DNA of 64,000 nucleotides from Perkinsus olseni (Eukaryota): NCBI GenBank assembly GCA_013115125.1, contig JABANN010000080.1, positions 1 to 64,000 of the forward strand, read 5' to 3'. Shown piece by piece: positions 11,711 to 24,442 of this stretch (position 1 is its first letter; each line of letters starts with the position of its first letter). The notes under the pieces were generated by a model. It saw only the letters and a program-made list of their open reading frames with translations, ran no database searches and was not told where the DNA came from. The position numbers and the translations under genes were made by a program.

Positions 11711-12850
11711 CTACCACAACCACCCAAGACAGTCAGCAGATGACTGTTGAGCGAACAAACGCTCGAATGGCGAATGCCGTGCACTGAGCTGCGTAGGATA
11801 GACTTCCTCGATTCTACTCCGCTTCTCTCCATGCCCACCTTCCCGCCTCTGACACCGGGCCAGCTTCGACACAGCTCCATCAGCACACCTCCCTGTACTG
11901 CCGTCGAGCACCTCGCCCTCCCAAGTGCCATCATCACATCGCCTCCACCATCGGCACTCTCCATCAGTAAAATCTGCTCCCTTCTCAGCGTCCATCCCTC
12001 CCTCCTGGAACTTCACCGCGCTACACATCAGACTGGGATGCTTCACCTCCTTCGGCCCTCCCTTGAACTCCATCCGACAGCATAACGCTCGTTCACAGCA
12101 GCCTCTCGAAAACTTCCGACCAACGGTGATCGACTCAATAAAAATCGGTCTGGACCGCCGACCCCCACCACCCTCTATGCCCAACACGTTCCACAGGGCG
12201 ATCTTGTCCGAGCAGGAGAGAATCCTTCCTCGCGTATCCTCAATAGCGCTCGCCCGAACGATCCCTTTCGGGAAATACTCCCTCATCGGCGGATCTCCCT
12301 GCGCTGCTTTGAACGTGGCTTCCACCTGCCCCTCAGGCACCGAATGGAGTTCAACTTTTTTATGCTCCGCCACCGGCCACAGCCTCTCCTCCGCATCGAA
12401 CTTTTCCTTCTTTCCGCTGATCCACCGCTTGATGCAGGCATTGCCACAGGGCGCCGAGGAGGTGTACAGATGCAGCGTCTTGGACTCGGGCCATTCCTCA
12501 CAATCTTGCAGCCATCTCAGTAGAGAGAGCCTCGCCAAGACCTCTGCATGGCAATCGTGCACAAGTTCGTTCCGACCCTCCTCATCTTCTCTGACAATAT
12601 TCGGAGGAAGATACTTGGTGCCAACAGCCAGGGACAGCACCTCCATTTTGTCACTTTCTTCATCAAAAATGACAAAACCCGCTAAGACGTTCGGAGCCAT
12701 CGGAGACTCCGCCGACGTCCCCGTCAACGACCTGTAGGTTCCCACCACCGCCGTCGCGATCCGGTCCGCGAACGGGCATGTCGAAATCCGCGACTTCTCC
12801 GCTGACCGCACCGAAGCCTTCTCAGATGAGGACGGCGTCGGAGATGACAT
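11711..12850 (-). CDS. Adenosine deaminase acting on RNA, ADAT1/Tad1-like (A_deamin domain, no dsRBD seen)
   Basis: SLAVGTKY, VHDCHAEVLAR, LYTSSAPCGNA and LSCSDKIALWNVLGIEG are the zinc-binding/catalytic motifs of the ADAR/ADAT1 family; appears intronless. Confidence 0.9.
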   Translation of the reverse strand: MSSPTPSSSEKASVRSAEKSRISTCPFADRIATAVVGTYRSLTGTSAESPMAPNVLAGFVIFDEESDKMEVLSLAVGTKYLPPNIVREDEEGRNELVHDCHAEVLARLSLLRWLQDCEEWPESKTLHLYTSSAPCGNACIKRWISGKKEKFDAEERLWPVAEHKKVELHSVPEGQVEATFKAAQGDPPMREYFPKGIVRASAIEDTRGRILSCSDKIALWNVLGIEGGGGRRSRPIFIESITVGRKFSRGCCERALCCRMEFKGGPKEVKHPSLMCSAVKFQEGGMDAEKGADFTDGECRWWRRCDDGTWEGEVLDGSTGRCADGAVSKLARCQRREGGHGEKRSRIEEVYPTQLSARHSPFERLFAQQSSADCLGWLW

Positions 12851-13300
12851 GAACTGACAGAAAACTGCACCCGATGGATATTCTTCCAGAACGGCTACCG
12901 AAGACCGATCATCGTCAGGGCGACAGGAATAACATAGATGATTCCAGCACGATATTGATAATACCAACACTCCGCCAATTCGCGCTCTCTCTCTTAGCCG
13001 TACGGCTCTCATGCAATTTGCCCGTCCACTATCGTTTCCCAATTATTGGTAGACCGAAGGAACTCTACTCCCCCACCATGCGCGGTACCCTATACCGTAA
13101 ATTGCCCAACTCGCCACGGCACAGTATACGATATGCCCCTGTTGCATTGAAGTGACTCCAACTCTATGCTGAGGACTGACGTGTAGAAGGGAGGAAACAG
13201 TAGCAGTGTTGGTATCATAATCGAATATGGGCTGCCGCAGTCAACAACGACCACTCCCCATTATCGATCAGTCGATCGATTATTATCACAGCCGAGCTAT

Positions 13301-16300
13301 CTAATGACGGCGGACTTCAGTAAAGCCATCAGCATCTCGCTGGGCAGGGCCGCGTCGTGATGGTGGGACGTATCTGGAGGAAATGCAAGATTACGCAAGA
13401 TGTGCAAGTGAGGTCAGTCTTACTTGCCGGCAGAAGGGGCACCGAACCTCGCAGCGGCGGGCCTCCTCCAACTGCCACCCTCGTCGGGCTCAGGGGACGA
13501 CTCCCGAGCGTGCTGAAGAGACAAACAATCTTCTCCCCCAGATGACCGCGCGCCACGAAATTACTACCATCTTGAAGGCATTGCGACTAGCAGCGATGTC
13601 GTTGCTGAGACCAAGGCCAGCGCCGCGGCTGATGACTCGTGCGGTGGGGGAGGAGGAACCGGCTGCAGTCGCCGAAGCAGCCTTATTCCTAACGGGACCA
13701 CACAGTCTCAGTGAGGTTCACACGAGCAGCATCAGATCGACGATCAGAGTCGTCCGGTGAAATCGATCCCGAAATCGTTTACGGCAGAGAGAAAGGCGAT
13801 GGGTCGCCGAAGTTCAGGAACGAGCTCTACCGAGTAAAAGTGGATCCTAGAAGCGGCCTCGGAACTCAGGCAAAGGCAGCAGTCTGCTGCTGTGGCAAAC
13901 CTCGATGACCAGCCTTACGCAGCCTCTTCCTCCTCTTCCTCCTGCTTTTGGTTCTCGAAGGACTCCAACTTGTTCAGGGCCCGCTCAAGCTTCTCCCGGA
14001 CCATCCGAGCCTTCCACGCTCTCCGAGCTTCCTCGATCCTCTTCGCACGTTTCTAAGAGGAGCCAGCCAAGATCACCGATGGCTCCGGAAAGGGCCCAAA
14101 CATCACCTCGTCACGCTCGGCCATCTTCTGAGATATCCAATCCTCGACCACCGACATGGCGGGCTTCAGCGCTGCCTTGTCCTCCTTGCGGCTCTCGATG
14201 AGCTCGTCCAAGGCCGCTTGTCTGACCACAGCACCATCACCGACGCTTCAAGGTTCCTTCTTTCCACCTCTGAGCTTGCAACTCCTCATATCGCTTCATG
14301 CGGTTGATGTCAACATGCTCCCTCCAGGTTCGGATATGCGGACCCTCCTTCTCTCTGAGAGCTCGCTCGGTGTACTCTACCCTCTTCGACTCCTCACGAC
14401 GGAAGCTGATAAGCATAACCAAATCAGAAAAAAATAATAATACCGCTACGAACACATCGAGAAAAAAGTATTACTAGGTACAGGTACTACAGTGAAGGCC
14501 TACGTATAACAAGTCTACGAGAAGCGAGAGCTTCGTGAAGAGCGTTTTGGGCCTTTTTACGCGTTTTTCAAGGTGTGGTTTTGAATTTTGAGAATATATT
14601 GGATCTAGCCCTGAACCCATTGGAGCTGCATGGTATATATACCCTTCACCGATTAAACTGAAGATGACGGTGAGGCCACTCACTTGATACGAATAGTTCG
14701 CTCCTTCAGTAGCTGCTTCCTGCGGACATCATCCAACCTGAGAGGACGGCGAAGATACTCAACTATCAAGGAAGTGAGGATTACTCTTGACGATCGATCT
14801 TGATGATCTCGTGGTCGGCGATGGTCTGGACGTCCCGAGCCTTGCCATCAATGGTGATGGTGGTAACATGGTTAGGACCTACAGAAAATTCTGATAGAAA
14901 AATAGTAAATTGGCGGTCTTACCGAAGGCCTTCGCTTGCTGCTTGACAGACTCCAACATGGCAGTAGTGCGAGGAAGGTCCTGAAATGCAACATGCCGGG
15001 ATCGAACCCACGACCTCCTCCAATACCTTCTTGCGGGCCTCCATCTCCTGTCTCTCCATCAGCTTCTTCTTCCTGCCCTCCTCAGCTCGCTTCTTCTCGG
15101 CAGCTGCGGCTTCCTGTGCAGCCTTCAACGCAGCAGCAGCTCGAGCCGCCTCACGCTCTAACAACACCATCATCAGTACCACCGAGAGACGATCTGACGG
15201 AAATTTGGTATTAATATTATTACCAGCTCTCTCCTTGTTGCCCTGAGTGTAGTCCTCCAACTTGAGGTTGGTCTGGACCTCAGCCTCTGCTGTCGGCACG
15301 GCAGCCTTCTCCGACAACACTTCGAAGTGAAGGGAGGATGTGGCATCATCAACCACCGGAATCTGCCACCGTCCAACCTCCCGTTCACTGCCGCTCCCCG
15401 CTGAGCGCTCTTACCATGCGCTTCTCGGTAGCGTCCTGCTCGTCCTTGACGACGATGGGTCCCTTTGACGAGGCCCGGTCGATGAGGTCGGTGATGTCGG
15501 CGATGTTGCCGCAGACGCTGGTGGCCTTCGAAAGATCATCGTAAGTGGTCGACTTGTTAGGAGTCTGAGTAAATATGAAAAAATCAACAGCGCAAGAATC
15601 AAACCGGGGTCACCAACTCATCAACACACAACCCTAACCACCTTAGCCATACTCGCTACGACGAGTTCCACAACGTTGCGTCTGATTGAGGGGGCGTACG
15701 CTCCACAGTAGGCCTCCGGAAGGGCCTTCAACATACCATCGATCTTCGCGCTGACATGAGACAGCAAATAGAAATCACTCCGAAACCCAACGCATGCCCA
15801 GTTCTCTCCGACACCCCTACTCACCACAACCCATCATCCACACTAGCTGTGCTGCTAGCCTTCTGCTCGGCGGTGGTGATCGCCTGGAAGAGATCTTTAA
15901 CCTCGGCAGGGGCAAGGTCGAGCCCCTTCTTCTCAATCAACTCAGTCTCGAGAGACTCGCGAGTTGGCATCACATCCCGACCCTGAAAGGCCCGGAAAAA
16001 TATTTTTCACGCGCCGCAAAATTCCCCAGTTTACCAGCAGAGCGTCCAACCTGTCAGCCCGTTCGCCAACCGAAGGAGACACTCCCATGAAGCCTCGGCT
16101 GGTGGGAGGCACGGCGAGGATGGCGAGGACGGTCTTGGCCGCGGTCACCTCGACAGACGGCAATTCTGGGAGGCCCTCCTCGGGGACAGCGGCAGAGTCG
16201 TTGGACAGCTGTGCTTCAACTTGACGTAGGAGGTAAAGATACCTACCGGAACGATCACCCTGGCACGCGGCAGAAGAGGTTGATTAATACTTGAGAAGAG

Positions 16301-17524
16301 CCTGGGCGTGGAAGAGCCTTTGAACGGCTTGATGGGTGTCGTTGTCGGCTAAAGACCGAGGGTTGGTAGATTCCAAAATATAGGTAGACCCCAATACACG
16401 AGAGAGACGATCGAAGTATCTAAGATATGAACGTCCTTCGACCCGACCTAATCCGTATCTTCCATGGTTAAGCTAAAGATTCCTCACTGGAGCAACTGGA
16501 CAGCCGTCGGTGCTGGTCGCTTCTTAGAGATGAGCGTGTGGACGTCTTCGAGAACGGTGAAGGCCAGACTCCAGAGGCCCATGTCCATCGCTGTGTTAAT
16601 GCAGGTGAATCGAAGAGCTAGGACCTACACGGACGGACGGACGGACGGACGGACGGACGGACGGACGGACGGACGGACGGACGGACGATCTGATCGACCC
16701 CGCCGCCCTCGGTCGTACTACAGTACCCTAGACACGACAGCAGGGTCGCTGGGGTTGATATTCTGACTGGCTCCGATGCTCGTGGTGGGTTTCTTGGCAC
16801 TCGTCCAGTGGGAGCGGAAGAGGTCACAAAGACGTTTGGCCTCCTGAATACATCAGAACCGGTGATCGAACCCACGCCCTACCGCATAGCCGCCCGACAT
16901 CCTTACCACTCGCCTATTCTGCTTCTTAACAAACTCCAGCGCCCTATTGGCGGTGGAGTAGTACAACCCTTCCAACTTGGCATTAGTCCGGACCGTCTCC
17001 AAAACCGTCCTGTAGGTCTCCCACATGTCCCTCACAGCCTCCCTGAATTCGATCTCGTCGTGGTTGGTCGGGTCCTGGCCCAAAGACGCCATCATGACGC
17101 TGTCCGGCGTGATGGGGTCGGGGGAATCGCCAGTGACCACCGAGCACTTCTGGCTGGCCTTCTCCATCCTCTCCTCACTAAGGGTGCGGAAGAGGGTGAG
17201 CATATCCTCTAAGGACTGCACTTGAGTGTGCTGAGTAATCGATCGGTACTGAATGAGACCTGAGAGCAGTCTCCAACCCCTCTCGTATCTTACATGCATC
17301 AACCTAAGATTCTCACCTTCCTTAGCCTGTCTGATCTGCTTCATCTGCACACAGAGCCTGAGGAACTTCTCCATGATGGCCTCCACTGCGGGTGTGAAGT
17401 TGTATTTGAAACGTCGGGAGGAGGCGGCGTGTCCGAGGAGGTCGATGGCTGCCTGGTACTCGCCGATCTCGATAAGCTCATCAGCTCTCTTTAATACGGC
17501 CTCTGGCCGAATGTAGTAGCTCAT
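13301..17524 (-). CDS. eIF3a: Eukaryotic translation initiation factor 3 subunit A (multi-exon)
   Basis: N-terminus YIRPEAVLKRADELIEIG; MWETYRTVLETVRTNAKLEGLYY; AKRLCDLFRSH; coiled-coil middle; C-terminus DADGFTEVRRH*. Confidence 0.9.
16630..16686. repeat. (GGAC)n microsatellite in an eIF3a intron
   Basis: About 14 GGAC units. Confidence 0.95.
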
Positions 17525-17894
17525 AGGGGAGTAAGAAGAAGTAAGCAGCAACAACCCAACTGATGGGGAGTATCTCAGCTTCAATCGTGGAAGATACGAA
17601 AGAGGTCAAGGCGTGGACTTCATGAGGTCTTCGGTTCTCTCTGCAATTTTTCCAGCCCACCCATCCCCTAACAGCCCAGCCCGCTATTACCAAATTCTAC
17701 CAGGGAAAAGTCCCGCAGCCCTGCCGCTCCATTACCCAGACGTCACTCAAGTGAACCTACTTCATATCTTCCCCGAGTAAACCTAAGATGCAGAAACCTC
17801 TCCCTTCCATGTCCACTTTCTACCAAAATCGATCAGATTTTAACATCGCGCGCGCCCGAGCATAATCGTCGCGTATCTAACGCCGAAGCGTGCC

Positions 17895-19334
17895 ATGAAT
17901 ACATCGTCCTATGAAAGCATACGAGACGGCCTGCCGACGCCTCGACACATCGACGTGGTCCTTTCCCAGGGGCGGTATCGTCCTGGCGAGGAGGTGAGGG
18001 TGGTGGTGGCGCTTGGACGAGGGTTCGAGGACCGTCGGGTGGACTGGCTCCTGGCACAGGCTTACGGGGAGGTTACTGGATTGCACGGCGCTGAGCTCAA
18101 CCATCAGAAGCTGAGGTAGGTATCTTAGGTTGAAGAAGGGAAGATACGGGTTGGGTGGGTCTGAACGCGACTGAAATTGGACCGAGTATCTTAGGTTGAA
18201 CTCAGCAAGATACCGAATAACTCAGGATATGGCACTCGACTCTCCCTCAGTTTCCGTGCGCCCCAAGAAGTCTCTCGGCCGTCCATTACTTCCACCCATG
18301 GTTTCGTGTCGGCCGAACAACGCCTCTCCAGCGGCTCCGCCCTCCTCTTCTCCACGCCTCCGGAAATCTTGGCTGTGAGCATCGACCCCAAAGATTCCCG
18401 CCAGGCCGTCTACCAATTTACCCTACCCCATCTCCTTCCGCCTTCCTTCAACGGTAAGTACACTTCCATCCGCTACTACGTCACGGTAGCTGCCGGTGCT
18501 GATTCTACGGTTTTTGAATCAAAAACTCCGCTGAGGGTTACCGCCGAGGAAGGCGGTGACCTGAACTGCGTGGGAAGGGCCGTCCGCTGCGTTACCAGAC
18601 CCGACGCCATCTTCAACAACTATGATACGATGGAAGACCGCCGACTCACTTGGGCGGCCCGGAAGGCTAGGACCCGACTACGGACGACCGAAGCTCCGGC
18701 GTTCGGCAGGAAGAACTTCTCCATCAGTTTTAATAAGTCTCCGGTGGGCGAGATATCGGTGAGTGGTCGATGGAATCCCCACGAGAGGCTTCTGAACGTC
18801 AACCTCGATGCCCCTATGGCGATCAGTGTAAGATTCTCCTCGGCCAGGGGGAGTACTCCGACGGAGCATCTCAGAGTTCGACTGGTTCGGACCGAGCGGC
18901 CTCGAGATGAGCTGGCGGGAGTCCACCGGACGGCTGTGGCTGAGTGTGTTTTACCGTCGGTTCACGAATGTGATTTGGTCAGCTCTGCCGTGCCCCTGTA
19001 CGTTCCCTTGGAGGAGCCACCTTCCTTCTCTCTACCAGGAGCAGTGAGGGTCAGCCATCAAATCGTCTTCGACTTCTTCGTGCTTGATAATGATGATAAC
19101 CTCACCAGAGTCACTTGGACCCTCAACTGCCGAGTATTGGACGGCAGCGCTGCCGCTGGTGGTGGGGAGGAGGAGGAGGAGGGGGACGTGGAGACGCCCA
19201 TCACGACGCCATTGCCCTTCCGACCGGAGGAGGATGAGGAAGGCAAGCCTGGTAGCTTGCTGATAAGAGAAGCTAGAGGTGTCAGAAAAGGAGCTGATGA
19301 CACCAAGGCCAACATCGATTGCATTTTGAGGTGA
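17895..19334 (+). CDS. RGP1-like / arrestin-fold protein (intron ~18116-18225)
   Basis: YRPGEEVRVVV; FSTPPEILAVSIDPKDSRQAVYQFTLPHLLPPSFNGKYTSIRYYVTV; PPSFSLPGAVRVSHQIVFDF. Confidence 0.6.
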
Positions 19335-19591
19335 GTTGCTGTTGCTGCTGTTCCCGGGCGTGGTGATGCATTCGTCCCCTTTGTCAGCGCAGCCGAAGAT
19401 TCCCTTGTGGAGGGCGGGGTGCTGCTCCACCGGTCGTTGAGAGCGTAGTCAATACAGCCTTGCTATATACACATTATAAGTACCGTTATATATTTTTCAT
19501 TCTACCCATTTATTTTGCGCTTCTTTGGCACGGTGAGGTATTTTTGAGAAGGTTTTTTGATACCACTCCTTCCACTACTCCTACCGTCGTC

Positions 19592-20053
19592 ATGTCCGGG
19601 CTCTTCTCTCTGCACCCTCATCCCATCGGCATCAAGTGGTGGACGTCTCTCTGGAGGAACAATAAGGTAGTATTACTCGATCGACCTCCTTTCGATCGAC
19701 TCGGAATTTCTTCTCAGAACCTTAGCGGAGCGGAGCTGAATGCCAAGATGGCGTCAGCTACCCAGCAGTTCACCCACAGGCACTTGGGTAAGTCTCTCTT
19801 ACTGTAGTATCGCCATCACACCGTTCAGGCCGGTACTTCTATGCTCACCGGGCCGGGTCGTGGGGCACACAGGCTCCCTTCGTGGTGGCCTTCATTGGGA
19901 TAAAGGTAGTAAGGAGGGCGGCAGTGGAGGGACATTTGTCGTTGGTAGTTGGCGGCGATGATGTACGGCACTCGAAGGGATCAGAAGGCAGCCATAGCGG
20001 CAGCTGAGGCGTACGGCCAAGGAGGGTTTATGGTCAGCAACCCTCCTAAGTAG
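19592..20053 (+). CDS. Mitochondrial ATP synthase subunit f, apicomplexan/myzozoan type (4 exons)
   Basis: Spliced product ends QKAAIAAAEAYGQGGFMVSNPPK*, matching the C-terminus of Toxoplasma subunit f as I recall it (AAAYGQGGQWLNP); small size and one TM helix. Confidence 0.7.
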
Positions 20054-20281
20054 CGGTGATGAACAGCACACAGGAAGGACCATTCTTCTGGTCGCTGAGA
20101 AGGTTTCGTTGATGGTGGGTTGAAGGTGTTGAGTTGTGTGGTGGGCTGGTATCGAAAGTCTTTGAAGGTGTTCTGTCCGATGGCCACTCTGATTGACGGT
20201 TCGAAGCGGCCGAAGGATGGGGTTAGTTTGTTATTCGATGGTAGTACCGGGAGGGGGGATAGAACTCGGGCCTTTCGGGTG

Positions 20282-22265
20282 ATGGCGTGGACGCTTCCCC
20301 ATTGCAGTATTTGGTCGTAAGAGTAGTTAGCTGGGCTGGGGGATTGGTGGCTTCCTTGCAGAGTCGTTGGAGATGTATTCGTTGGGCTCTTCCCACCCAA
20401 TGAAGACCTGCCGACCAGCAATGGTAATATTGACGGTTGCCGGGGTCGAACCGGATACCTCTCGGTAGTAGGTGGTGGACATTTTACGGAGCACCAACTG
20501 TCCTGTTAATATAGTAGAAGACGCCCGAGATGAGGAGATGGTCGATGAGGATGATATCAGTGGCCGACTGGACCATGGGGTAACTCCCTTCCCGTGTCAC
20601 CGCTACACTAGATTGTGTACTCCTGTCAGGTGATGTCCCTCTTCCACTCGAGTGACTATCTCGAGACGGTACGTCAAGTTGGCATTTATCGGGCGACGGG
20701 TGGTATCGGATACCTCGCTACTCCTGATGCCAGCCAGCGGATACTCTCCAAGTACCGATCAGGCAGGCTGAGTTGAGGCTCGGAAGGGGCGTTATATCCA
20801 GGTACAATATCTCGGTCGATGCGGGGAGGCCGGCTATGGGTGACCGTCCGGGAGGTCATGAAGGGGACTGTCCAGGTTTTAGTAACATGTAAAAACGCTC
20901 TGACTGAGATTCGATCCTGGGTGATCCGAATGTTGTATCAGGTACGAGTTCTGTAACCTTTACACCACATTGACTGTGACGGCAGCCCGCCGATTGGCGG
21001 AGGGCAAGGATCGTATCTGTCTCAACTTTCACGGAGGAATGCATCATGCAAAGCAAAGCGCAGCCTCCGGCTTCTGCTACGTCAATGACTGCGTCGTGGG
21101 AGTAAGGCTCAGCTCGGGACGGCGTCGATCTCCGAGCTCTCGCCTGTGCATTTCCCCATCTAGCGATGGTTTCACGTAACAGCATGTCCCTTGACAGATC
21201 CTCGAGCTGCTTCGTCAAGGCTTCAAGCGTGTGGTCTACATAGATGTGGACATCCACCACGGTGATGGTGTGGAGGAGGCTTTCTTCACTACTGACAAGG
21301 TAGTAGTGCTGAGCTGCTCTCGAGGTGGCTGAATAATCAGTGGACAGGTCTTGACGATCTCCTTCCATAAATATGGCAATGGCTTTTTCCCGTCCACGGG
21401 AGCGATAAACGACATCGGTCTCGGCGGCGGACGAGGGCACGCGATCAACGTACCCCTACATGAGGGCATAGGGGATGCAGCGTAGGGAGCCGAGAGCAGC
21501 TGTCGAGTGTAGAGACGATTATCTTCAGATACATTGAAGTTTTCAAAAGGGTTATCGATGCTGCCTTTGAGAGGTTCAAACCGGAGGCTATCGTGTCACA
21601 GATGGGTAAGGGTGGGAACGGGTTCATTCGTTGAAGCGCAAGTAATGAGGATAGCATCGGAAGTCTGGTTTTGAGAATCTTCTGCAGCTGTGGGCGGCCT
21701 AGTGCACGTCTCGTTACGGTTAACTGGCAGTAGTATTCGTAGTACTGGCATAGTAGGTGGCAGCGACTGTTGAGCATACTCAGCATCCTTCCTTCAGGCG
21801 CGGACTCCCTTGCTGGAGATCGTCTCGGCTGCTTTAACCTCTCACACGTCGGCCACTCGGAGACGGTCATGCATCTAGCGACATACGGGGTAGGTTGAGC
21901 GAATCATCAACTTCCCCATGGCCGCCGTATGGCAGATACCAATGATAGTGCTCGGTGGGGGCGGCTACACCCTTCGGAACGTTCCGAGATGCTGGGCATA
22001 CGAGACGTGTCGGTTGGCGGGAGTAGACCCTCCGGATGAGCTGCCTGAGGATTCCCAGTACGCGCACTTCTACAAGATGTCCGACCATGACCCCCTCACA
22101 CTGGACGTAGGTCGTGCCCTATACGGCCTTCTGTGACGACCGATGCTTCAGGTACGGATCAGCAACATGCTCGATCGGAACACTTCGACGCAGCTGCATA
22201 GTGTCGTTGAGACTATCACTGAGAATTGCCGGGAATACCTCGGTCGCGGCTCTCCATCTTCATAG
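20282..22265 (+). CDS. Class I histone deacetylase (RPD3/HDAC1-3/8 family), multi-exon
   Basis: [91 protein letters not shown]. Confidence 0.92.
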
Positions 22266-23255
22266 CATTTACTTGGCTTCGGCCGTCTATCATCATTTTA
22301 CGATTCTCAATCACCCTTCATCGCCATTAACGTCTGTTGTAATGGTTGAATACGTTATCGTTGCTCAGCGGGAGTGTTGTGCCGATTAATCTCAATACAT
22401 CACTTCCACCATCAGACGCCTGTATGGTATAGGAGTTGTTGTTCCTAGGACTGCAAGGCGGCATGAGAATTGGGCACCACCCAGACACGACGATCACAGG
22501 ACCCTCGCCCGAGCGCAGCAGTCCTAGAGCATCGCCGCGTAGAGGTTGTTGCAGTATGATCGTACTTGTGCGCGTAGTGTTGACGAGTACGTACAATAGA
22601 CTGCGCTCTCAGAAACGACTTGACGGTGTAGAAGTGGGTCCTTGGGGCTGTCTCGAAACTCAGAAGAGATGCAGCATAGATGCAACGAGCGGCATTCCAT
22701 AAACGGGAAACCGAAGTTACCCGACCTGGATGGCCGACTGCGTTCAGCGCGGTAATGTCTCACTAACAGGTGACGTCTTGACGGCTATTGGTTACCATAG
22801 TCCCCGCGGCACTCAAGTATCTCATCGGAGCAACTCTTCATCCGAGGTAAACCGGGCTGCTGCATGAGCTCGGCGGGGTCCTGTCTCATGAACGCGACAA
22901 ACGGATGATTCAAGACCAGTGGCTTATGCAATGCTCTGACGACCACGGAGATACGAGACAAGGATGGCCATAGCTCGGCCCGAGCGAAATCCGGATGTGC
23001 CCTTCTAGCTGCACGCGAGCGGGGTGAGCCTCTATGAGTAGGGATGGACACATATGACGTGAAACAGCGGCTCTGCTGCTTTCGACCATTCGTCGACCCA
23101 CGGCATCAGACTAAGCTAGCTCGGCGATGTGTTGACCCAAACCCCGACAGGGGGGTGTTGAACACCCGGTGTTCACAGAAGCATGAAAAGGTTGCGGAGT
23201 TGGTTGCCTTTAACGGCAACGACACCACTAGGGGGCCGAATCACGTACTTCTCGG

Positions 23256-24442
23256 TCAAAACTTTTTGATCAGAGCGTTGATGAGGGAATTATCACCCCA
23301 CGGATAGAGGTCCTGAGTCCAGCCATCACCTCCGTGAAGCATAATACCATGAAGGTCATATTCTCTCGCCAAGTCCACCTTCTCGACGGCGCGGGTTTGA
23401 GAAAAGAAGTACAGGGGATTAATACGGTAGCCATGGTCGTACAATATTGACCCGTTCCCTGTAGGGGACGCGCCATAATCCAGTATTGCATCAGAGTAGC
23501 CGAAATCTTCAACTTCGCATGAGTTTGCGACGAAGAGAGGTACCTGTGGGAATCGCTGTTGCATGTTGAAGGCTTCAACTTGAAGCCAAGACGCGCAGTA
23601 ATGGCCGCTTACCTCGATAACGAGACTACCGGGGTTAACGCCGATCAAAGTGGCGTTGTTGATGGCCTTCTCTACGAACTGATTGGTGTTGAATTTTGAG
23701 TAAGCTTCTTCGCACGAAGGCCACAAATTGACGAAGTTGACGTCCGCGACTTCTCCCAGACCGGCCTCCTTTATTTTTTGTCAGTCGTTGGCGGAGAACC
23801 GGACATCTGATTTCGAACTGAGCGACCGCGTAGCGACCCGATGATCATTGTCAACCTATTCGCTCTGTCCATTCGAGAACCGAAAACTGATTGTTGAACT
23901 CACCATAATGCAGCCTTCTTTCCTGCTTCTTTCGTAACCTCGAGAATCTCCTTCGCATGCTTCGGATCATGCCAACGCCGTTCTGATCCCTCGAACACTA
24001 TCCGCACTTGGAAGCCATCGACAGGATAACGATCGGTAAAGTTCTTAACACTTTGCCCGAAAGCTGTCTTGTTGAAGGTGTCCGCGATGTAACGCCCCAA
24101 ATTTAACAATATCTTCCCACCCAAACTCTCCACATGTGCCTTTAGATCCTTGAACTCATCCTCAGGCCAGTCTCTTTCAATCTCAGCGTTCTGTCCAATT
24201 GCGTAGCCGCCGAAGACAAAATTCTTGGCCCTCATGCCGAGAAGTTGGCGGAAGGTGTAATTTCAAGTGTAGTTGCTCGACGAAGGGAGTGGGGTTCTCT
24301 CGGAGCATGTAGGCCATTCTTTGGTGTACCATGGGTATCGTATTTCTTTGTAAAATTGTAAATGGTTTCTGTTGGACGTGATCCCCTCCACGGTTGAGCA
24401 GCGTAGGATGTAGAGGGAAAGTACCTGAGCGGTGGTCCGCAT
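23256..24442 (-). pseudogene. GH18 chitinase-like secreted protein, copy 1, with two in-frame TGA codons
   Basis: Collinear with the copy at 28891-30157; TGA at 24263-24265 and 23781-23783 where the paralogue has Trp. Confidence 0.7.
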
